Part shown: positions 19,401-25,247 of the stretch, one piece after another
How the letters are laid out: every line of letters begins with the position of its first letter
How positions within the stretch are numbered: position 1 is the stretch's first letter
Assembly (NCBI GenBank): GCA_001791795.1
Contig: MGFH01000206.1
Span: 1 to 50,326, forward strand
DNA length: 50,326 nucleotides
Direction of reading: 5' to 3'
Source of the DNA: Candidatus Wallbacteria bacterium GWC2_49_35
GTDB lineage: Bacteria > Muiribacteriota > UBA9980
Notes under the pieces: model-generated
Seen by the model: the letters and a program-made list of their open reading frames with translations, nothing else
What the model was told of the DNA's origin: nothing
The model's database searches: none
Position numbers and translations under genes: made by a program

Positions 19401-19595
19401 TATCCGCAGAACGCCGACCTGAAAAAAATCCTGCTCGACGCGTACTACAGACGCGGCCAGTCGCTGTTCAATCTCGAGATCTACGACGCCGCCAAACTCG
19501 ACTTCACTAAGATAACCGAGCTTGACGCGGGCGGCGGCTATTCGCAGAAAGCCCAGAGTTATATCGATAAAATATCAAAATTCATAAAAAAATAA
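16476..19595 (+). CDS. HEAT-repeat protein with a triplicated ~180-aa module, one TM helix and a C-terminal TPR
   Basis: Three copies of (I/L)RAT..SA(I/V)G(R/K)LG...RV.AN..EALE..GN..CVE...DNRVRAN..KA.WK...RESA.YVL.EI; TM segment FFKLLFILMFFFTLSLGGGFSVYWFVM; TPR AYYRRGQSLFNLEIYDAAKLDF. Confidence 0.85.
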   Translation: MTDKNIDINLLIKNLGSPNDDTREEAAAALIGVTDKRIVPALLNSLETDDNPGVKHFVKKALLIIQKEHGDIKTIVAELAAEKSKAQEPAPPQSQGEIPQAKPEDMPDDTRQAVDTILRRLKEKDAALIEEAREQLPYEEDPYIRATYVSAIGRLGDESNMGDIISFLSDPDFRVLANAVEALERLGNPQCVEALVKLISHKDNRVRANVIKALWKFTDSNVSINRHVIDKLKQMLESDNADMCESALYVLSEIADEESIDILDKAAYSDNLELSAKASVMLDKAKLTYSERKAKTDDDVYINGVIEKLSRGSADSSKGIDEATRVRIDEIQSYIDTSDVSKLPQVLKALAAEQNTFIRATLISAVGKLGGRNNMDALLPFVKDADARVVANVVQALESIGNPKCVEHIVKLVAHADNRVRANTVKAIWKFAHTNVTANRIVFERLKEMMFSTKNQMRESAIYVLGEIGDDESIDLLSIAANDKSPDIKAKAEEALKNALKIKAERELETSTPPVSEEEISRIPSLDARPPRIEPKAEPKIEAPAQPKVTINLEKPSSKDVEPEPKRQQSEKVAPAAEPEKKQPAAQPALKEEARDTAPLGDPIETSAALEPAKVIDDATRKEIDKIQKLIDAGDSSSLEDLVKRLAAEKNTFIKATLVSAVGKLGGRDNMEAVIGFLNDEDTRVVANTAEALENLGNSKCVEELIKHINHNDNRVRANVVKAIWKYAQSNMSANRVILARLKTMMFSSKAQMRESALYVLGEIASDEALELITIAVSDKVESVQQKAKEALERAEARRKETPAPAAAKTQSFSEAKKKTPQSPGASKTQGRQKGVSAAPLPQASKTAGAPVRRMSFFKLLFILMFFFTLSLGGGFSVYWFVMEGKDYQQLETAVKALLEQFKNPEGGGDTASAPASSQQTPPAGQPGGENAPKPPEEIKKQAFTINDQVDMAKQYLNEGHFSEVITSLAKSAAKYPQNADLKKILLDAYYRRGQSLFNLEIYDAAKLDFTKITELDAGGGYSQKAQSYIDKISKFIKK

Positions 19596-19596
19596 A

Positions 19597-19614
19597 GTTC
19601 CGGATATCCGGAAC
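19597..19614. repeat. Perfect 18-bp palindrome
   Basis: GTTCCGGATATCCGGAAC equals its own reverse complement. Confidence 0.85.
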
Positions 19615-19652
19615 GAAAAATATTCCAATTTTATTATATATGGCGGTGCCTC

Positions 19653-20147
19653 ATGAATATATCGAATGAATACAAAAAACTTTTAAAGTGCGCGGCGCGC
19701 GGATTCCTCTTTATGGCGGCGGCCGCGGCCCTCGTCTACCCGGCGGGGTCGTTCGCCGCGCGGGGCCCGGAATCCGAACATTCCGTCAGGCGCATGGAAG
19801 CACGCTCCGCATCTCACGCTGAAGGCGCGCATAAATCAAGTTTCATAACTAAGATCGATAAGTTCGTCAAAAGCGGGGCTCCGATTACGGCGAAGCGTTT
19901 TGAAAGGCTGAAAACCGAGATATTCAAACTTCGCGAAAGAATGAACAAGAGGGCCGAACAGATAGATAAAAAGATCGACGAGCTTACGAAGGAACGCGCC
20001 CGCATAAAGGAACTGCTCATAGATCTTGCCACCAGCGAGGTCGAATTCTATAAAATAAAGATATATTCAGGAAATGAAAAAAGCGCGGAGACCGAGGCGG
20101 CCGGAGGGAAAATCAAGCCTGTTCAAAATTCCGGGTCTCACAAATAA
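19653..20147 (+). CDS. Hypothetical exported coiled-coil protein
   Basis: Signal-peptide-like N-terminus (FLFMAAAAALVYPAGSFA) and heptad-rich segment FERLKTEIFKLRERMNKRAEQIDKKIDELTKERARIKELL. Confidence 0.6.
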   Translation: MNISNEYKKLLKCAARGFLFMAAAAALVYPAGSFAARGPESEHSVRRMEARSASHAEGAHKSSFITKIDKFVKSGAPITAKRFERLKTEIFKLRERMNKRAEQIDKKIDELTKERARIKELLIDLATSEVEFYKIKIYSGNEKSAETEAAGGKIKPVQNSGSHK

Positions 20148-21376
20148 TTTTCGCAGCCCGGCATGGCGATGTAATATATGTAATTGTTTTTCACTATGTC
20201 GGAGTTGCTCGCGCTTTTAATTATCATGGTATGCTTCAGTTCGCAGCCGCCTGAAAAAGTGAATCTGCGCTTTGTTTTGGCGTCTTTTCTTTTCATCTCG
20301 TTCAGGACGGTTTTAAGATTTTCAGTTTCGTCCGCGTTCAATATCAATTCTAAATTTATTGCGCCGTTATCGTCCGCCTGTCTCAGGTTGCTCGCGCAGC
20401 TTTTGAACAGCATGTCGAATTCGAAATTTTGCCTGAGGCAGTTGAGCTTTTCATCGATAATGGCGAGCGCGAGCGGCGCGTTGATGAAATAATCGCTGTA
20501 ATCGGCTGAAAAATCGCGGCCGAATTCGTCGCCGCCGGCGGAATCGGAGGTCTGACCGGCCGAACCGCGCGGCAGCCCTTCCACGGCGTTTTTTATGGCG
20601 TTGATCAAATTTCTTATATTAATAGGCTTGTTGATGAAATTGTCGGCGCCTTCCTTTATGAAATCGTCGATCATGCGCTCGTTCGTTATCGCCGTCATCA
20701 TAATAACTTTAGTGTTCTGATCGAGGCTTTTAACGGTTTTCAGAACGTCTATCCCGTCGCCGTCGGGAAGGTTATAGTCTATAATGCATATCTGCGGCCT
20801 GTGTTCATCGAAGATCCTATTGAATTCCGCGATGGTTTCGGCCGTGAACATTTCGTATTTAAGGTCTTTAAGAGCGTGAAGGAGAAACCGTGAACTGAAT
20901 TTGTCGTCTTCGAGTATCACGAGTTTTATATTTTCGGTTTCGCTTCCTTCCGCCGCTTTTTTTGGGGGGACGTGCAGCCTTCTAGTCAGGGCTTTTTCTA
21001 CGGCGGCCAGAAAATCTTTCGCGTCGAAAGGGATTGTGAAAAAGGCCTCCGCGCCGAGTTCATTGGCGAGCCTTCGAGTTTCGAAATCGTTGAATGTCGC
21101 CGAGCAAAGGATAACCGGCGTCGAGCTGACCGCCGCGTCATCGTTCGATTTGAACTCCCGCAAAAGCTGGAAGCCGTCTACCTGCGGCATGCAGACGTCG
21201 GAGATGACAATGTCGGGCTTTTGCCTGTCGAGGTGCAATAAAAGTTCATTGCCGTTGGAAAAAGTTTCGATGGATCCGTAGCCGGCGTCGCAGAGAAGAG
21301 TTTTTATGAGGGTGAGATTGTTATAATTATCGCCGGCAAGGAAAATATTGGCGCCGTTGAGTAAAGCGGATTGCAT
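20138..21376 (-). CDS. Dual receiver-domain response regulator with PAS-like C-terminus
   Basis: REC1 (VISDVCMPQVDG), REC2 (ILEDD, IIDYNLPDGDG, INKP), C-terminal FINAPLALAIIDE PAS-like region; GAGG RBS. Confidence 0.8.
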   Translation of the reverse strand: MQSALLNGANIFLAGDNYNNLTLIKTLLCDAGYGSIETFSNGNELLLHLDRQKPDIVISDVCMPQVDGFQLLREFKSNDDAAVSSTPVILCSATFNDFETRRLANELGAEAFFTIPFDAKDFLAAVEKALTRRLHVPPKKAAEGSETENIKLVILEDDKFSSRFLLHALKDLKYEMFTAETIAEFNRIFDEHRPQICIIDYNLPDGDGIDVLKTVKSLDQNTKVIMMTAITNERMIDDFIKEGADNFINKPINIRNLINAIKNAVEGLPRGSAGQTSDSAGGDEFGRDFSADYSDYFINAPLALAIIDEKLNCLRQNFEFDMLFKSCASNLRQADDNGAINLELILNADETENLKTVLNEMKRKDAKTKRRFTFSGGCELKHTMIIKSASNSDIVKNNYIYYIAMPGCENYL

Positions 21377-21520
21377 TTTGACCTCTCGATGAATTGATGA
21401 TAGCGCGCTCTCACGCTGAAATTTTATCTTATTTTAGCATTTTTTTGCCGGCAGCGCAACAAAAATTTATAATAAATATAAATTTATCATAATATTATTT
21501 CCTCTATTTTACTCGATTAC

Positions 21521-21549
21521 TTGAAAAATGATAGTTACTGTGGTAAAAT
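21521..21549 (+). promoter_or_regulatory. Putative sigma70 promoter of korAB
   Basis: TTGAAA (21521-21526), 17 nt, extended -10 TGgTAAAAT (21541-21549). Confidence 0.6.
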
Positions 21550-21613
21550 ACTAGCATCGGTTGTAAGTAGTATTTAGTTGAAGTATCAATATTAAAAAAA
21601 CCGGGGGTAGGGT

Positions 21614-23380
21614 ATGGTAGATGAATTGGTAATAGGCATGATAGGCCGCGGCGGCGACGGCGTGGTTTCAGCCGGAGAAATTCTGGCTTCGTCCGCGTCG
21701 ATGCTCGGTCTTTATTCGATGATGGTCAAAAATTACGGCGCGCAGATACGCGGCGGCGAATCGCTTTCTAAAACCAGGATATCGATGAAAAGGGTTTTAA
21801 CGCAGGGCGATAAGGTCGACATACTGATCGCGTTCAACTGGAAAGATTACGTGGCGTATCATTCCGAACTCGAAGTGCACGAAAACACTATTATAGTATA
21901 TCCGGAAAACGATCCTACTACGGCAGAAAACATTCCTTTGAGCCCGGAATGCAAAAAGTTCGTTTTCAAGGTCCCGTTCAATGAGATCGCCATGGAGACC
22001 GCGAAGACCGAGCTCGCTAAAAATATAGTCATTATAGGCGTTCTGACGAGTTTGACGGGCCTGCCTTATGAAAAGATCGAAAAATCGATCGAAAAGAAAT
22101 TCAAAAAGAAAACGGCTGAGGTCGTCTCGGGAAATTTGAAAGCCCTTCGCGCGGGATTCGAATTCGCCGAAAAAAACATGAAGGGCCGCGTTCCCATAAA
22201 AGGTTTGAAATACAGCATTTCCGCTCCCAAACTGATGATGACCGGAAACGAAATGGTCGCAATGGCTTCTCTATATGCCGGATGCAGGTTCTACGCCGGC
22301 TACCCCATAACCCCGTCTTCAGAGGTCATGGAAATATTGAGCCGCGAATATCCTAAAGTGGGCGGCAGAATGATCCAGACCGAAGACGAGATATCGGCCC
22401 TCGGAATGGTCATCGGCGCCTCCTACGCCGGCCAGAAGGCTTTCACGGCCACTTCCGGCCCCGGCGTTTCGCTCATGGTCGAAATGATAGGCCTTTCGTC
22501 CATAGCTGAAATTCCCGCGGTCATTTTAAACGTAATGCGCGGCGGGCCGTCGACGGGACTTCCTACCAAGACCGAGCAGGCAGACCTTCAACAGGCGCTT
22601 TTCGCCACGCACGGCGACGCTCCTAAAGTGGTCGTCGCTCCTTATTCCGTCAGAAGCTGCTTCGAAATGACCATGAAGGCGTTCTACCTCGCCGAAAAAT
22701 ATCAGATGCCCGCTATCATTTTAGCGGACCAGTTCATAGGTCAGCGCAAGGTCGCCATCGACGCCGACGAGATCGAAAAAAACAAATGGCATGGTAAAGT
22801 TTACGAACGCCCGCTGCCCGACGAAAAGATCCTCGACGAAGGCTACAAGCGCTATAAACTCGGATCCAATCCGGTCGTGCCCATGACGTGGCCCGGCGTC
22901 AAAAAAGGCATGTATCTGGCAGCCGGCATCGAGCACGACGAAAAAGGTTCGCCCACTTCGGTGCCTGAAATGCACGAAAAAATGAATGATAAACGCTATA
23001 AAAAAATGGAGATGATACTCGAAGAATTCAAGGACGAGCTCGTCGAGCATATCGGTCCTGATGAAGCCACCTGCGGAATTATCTGCTGGGGCTCTACCCG
23101 CGGCGTCGTTAAAGACGTCATTGAAACCCTCAACCAGAACGGCTATAATATCAAAGTACTCGTGCCTAAAGTGCTGAGCCCCGTTCCTGAAGCGCAGATC
23201 AAAAGCTTCCTGTCCTCCCTTAAAAAGACGCTTGTCATTGAAATGTCCTACTCGAAACAGTTTTACTATTATCTGAAATCGTTCGTGGGCCTTCCCGAAG
23301 ACGTTAAATTATACAAACGTTCCGGCGGCGCGCCCTTCACTGTGGAAGAAATCAGAAACGTTATTAAGGAGGCATTTTAA
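21614..23380 (+). CDS. korA: 2-oxoacid:ferredoxin oxidoreductase alpha subunit (fused gamma-alpha)
   Basis: GRGGDGV, YGAQIRGGES, GNEMVA, YAGYPITPSSE, QTEDEISA, TSGPGVSLM, RGGPSTGLPT, GIICWGST. Confidence 0.92.
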   Translation: MVDELVIGMIGRGGDGVVSAGEILASSASMLGLYSMMVKNYGAQIRGGESLSKTRISMKRVLTQGDKVDILIAFNWKDYVAYHSELEVHENTIIVYPENDPTTAENIPLSPECKKFVFKVPFNEIAMETAKTELAKNIVIIGVLTSLTGLPYEKIEKSIEKKFKKKTAEVVSGNLKALRAGFEFAEKNMKGRVPIKGLKYSISAPKLMMTGNEMVAMASLYAGCRFYAGYPITPSSEVMEILSREYPKVGGRMIQTEDEISALGMVIGASYAGQKAFTATSGPGVSLMVEMIGLSSIAEIPAVILNVMRGGPSTGLPTKTEQADLQQALFATHGDAPKVVVAPYSVRSCFEMTMKAFYLAEKYQMPAIILADQFIGQRKVAIDADEIEKNKWHGKVYERPLPDEKILDEGYKRYKLGSNPVVPMTWPGVKKGMYLAAGIEHDEKGSPTSVPEMHEKMNDKRYKKMEMILEEFKDELVEHIGPDEATCGIICWGSTRGVVKDVIETLNQNGYNIKVLVPKVLSPVPEAQIKSFLSSLKKTLVIEMSYSKQFYYYLKSFVGLPEDVKLYKRSGGAPFTVEEIRNVIKEAF

Positions 23381-24303
23381 TGTCACAGGCCACTCAAATG
23401 TCAGCTGCTCCAAGCATAAATACGAACGCTCAGGCCGGCGCCTGCGAAAAAAAATACAGCGTAACAGATTACAAATCAGGTTTAAAACCCATATGGTGCG
23501 CCGGCTGCGGCGATTACGGCGTCGTTAACGCCCTATACCGCGCTCTGGACGAACTTCAGCTCGAACCCGAAAAGGTCGCGCTGATATCGGGCATAGGCTG
23601 CTCTTCCAGAATACCCGGCTATGTTTCGACTTACGGTTTCAACACGGTTCACGGCCGCGCTATCCCCATCGCTTCCGGCGTTAAAATGGCTTCGCCCGAA
23701 ACCACCGTTATAATAGCGGGCGGCGACGGTGACGGATTCGCCATCGGCGGCGGACACATGCCTCACGTAGCGCGCCGCAATACCAATATGACCTATATCG
23801 TTATGGACAACCAGATATACGGCCTCACTAAAGGCCAGCTTTCGCCCACATCCGAAATGGAACTTAAAACGACGACGACGCCTTACGGCTCGATCGACAC
23901 GCCGCTTAATATCGTAAGCCTCGCGCTTTCATATCACGTCAGTTTTATCGCGCGCGGTTTCGCGGGCGATATCACTCAGCTGGCCCGTCTTATCAAACTC
24001 GGCGTCGAACATAACGGTTTTTCGCTCATCCACGTGGTTTCGCCCTGCGTGACTTACCGCGGCATGGAATATTTCAGAATGATGAAGGAAAAATGCGTTC
24101 CGCTCCCCGATACGTTTTATGATCCGACCGATAAGGTCGAGGCGTTCAAGGTCGCCGAAAACACCAAAACTTTCTACACAGGCGTAATATTCAAAGAAAC
24201 AAGGGCGACGTTCAACGACAACGTAGGAAATATCAGCGGCAAGGTATGCGGCGATAAAAAATACAGCGTCGACGACATCCTCAATCAGTATCTCGCACAG
24301 TAA
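23380..24303 (+). CDS. korB: 2-oxoacid:ferredoxin oxidoreductase beta subunit
   Basis: WCAGCGDY, SGIGCSS, HGRAIP, TPP motif GGDGDGFAIGGGH..MDNQIYGLTKGQ.SPT, SPCVTY. Confidence 0.93.
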   Translation: MSQATQMSAAPSINTNAQAGACEKKYSVTDYKSGLKPIWCAGCGDYGVVNALYRALDELQLEPEKVALISGIGCSSRIPGYVSTYGFNTVHGRAIPIASGVKMASPETTVIIAGGDGDGFAIGGGHMPHVARRNTNMTYIVMDNQIYGLTKGQLSPTSEMELKTTTTPYGSIDTPLNIVSLALSYHVSFIARGFAGDITQLARLIKLGVEHNGFSLIHVVSPCVTYRGMEYFRMMKEKCVPLPDTFYDPTDKVEAFKVAENTKTFYTGVIFKETRATFNDNVGNISGKVCGDKKYSVDDILNQYLAQ

Positions 24304-24322
24304 ATAGATCCCTGTATCGGGC

Positions 24323-24366
24323 ATAAAAAACACGGCGCCGTCAAAACCGGAGCCGTGTTTTTTTAT
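24323..24366. terminator. Bidirectional rho-independent terminator
   Basis: ATAAAAAACACGGC / GCCGTGTTTTTTTAT between convergent genes. Confidence 0.85.
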
Positions 24367-24399
24367 ATGGAATGCAATTAATATACGATAAAAAATTTA

Positions 24400-25158
24400 T
24401 TATTGCGCGTCGGCTTTCCTGGTAAGTTCATTTATCAATATATTCAATTTCGAATATATTTCTTTGATCTCTTCGCAGGTTAGCACCGTATTACTTTTTT
24501 TGAGGTTGATGATGTCGTTGATCGAATCGTAGGAAACGCCGAACTGTTCCTTCAGATAAAGCATGACTTCGGATATTTTGGAAAGTTTGCGGCCGGATTT
24601 ATATTCAATGAAAAGCCTGATGGTAGAAAGAAGTTCAGGAATATATTTTATGAGCGCGTTATACATGTTGAACTCGTCGGGAAACATGGTTATGAAATCG
24701 TTCCTGAGTTTAAGCGAGAAATTCCTGAGTTCCTGCTCGCAGTGAAGGCGGATGTTTTCATCGGGAATGACGAGGTCGGCGAGAAGGTCTTCGCCGGCAA
24801 GGACTATATAATTGTTTTTTATTTCCAGAAATTTAACCGGGAAAACGTCCGCCGATAAAAGGATTTCTTCGAACGTCATTATCAGCGGGACCATTTTCAG
24901 TTCGGCGGCCGCCGTCTGAAGGGGAACGTGTAGTTTTTCAAGAAGGCCTATTCCGGCTTCAGAGGGTATGATCAGCAGCTCGGCCGTTGAAACGCCTTCG
25001 CGAAATCCATCGTTTAAAATATTGCCGTACAGCACCAGACATCTGAAATCGTCCTCTTTCATGATCGCGTCTACGGCGCCGATGAAATTGACGAGTTTTT
25101 CAGTGAATTCGCCGCTCCGTTTGAGCGATTTGATCTTTTCGATATAATTTGCGTTCAT
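24400..25158 (-). CDS. Nucleotidyltransferase-fold protein with degenerate active site
   Basis: ATG at 25158 with GGAG RBS (ORF track extends to a TTG at 25209); LVLYGN...VSTAELLII, LLSADVFPVKFLEIKNNYIVLAGEDLL, IRLHCEQELR. Confidence 0.65.
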   Translation of the reverse strand: MNANYIEKIKSLKRSGEFTEKLVNFIGAVDAIMKEDDFRCLVLYGNILNDGFREGVSTAELLIIPSEAGIGLLEKLHVPLQTAAAELKMVPLIMTFEEILLSADVFPVKFLEIKNNYIVLAGEDLLADLVIPDENIRLHCEQELRNFSLKLRNDFITMFPDEFNMYNALIKYIPELLSTIRLFIEYKSGRKLSKISEVMLYLKEQFGVSYDSINDIINLKKSNTVLTCEEIKEIYSKLNILINELTRKADAQ

Positions 25159-25210
25159 TTGTCTCCATCCGTATATTTTTATAAATAAGTTACTGTGATA
25201 TTGGCCCAAA

Positions 25211-25245
25211 AACTATGCACTATGCACTGTTCACTATGCACTGTA
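25211..25245 (-). repeat. 5 x 7-bp tandem repeat (NAYAGTK)
   Basis: Minus strand reads TACAGTG CATAGTG AACAGTG CATAGTG CATAGTT. Confidence 0.85.
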
Positions 25246-25247
25246 TA

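Noticed and set aside
25159-25209. Longer TTG start for the NTase-like gene
   Set aside because: The ATG at 25158 has a GGAG RBS and the extension looks non-conserved
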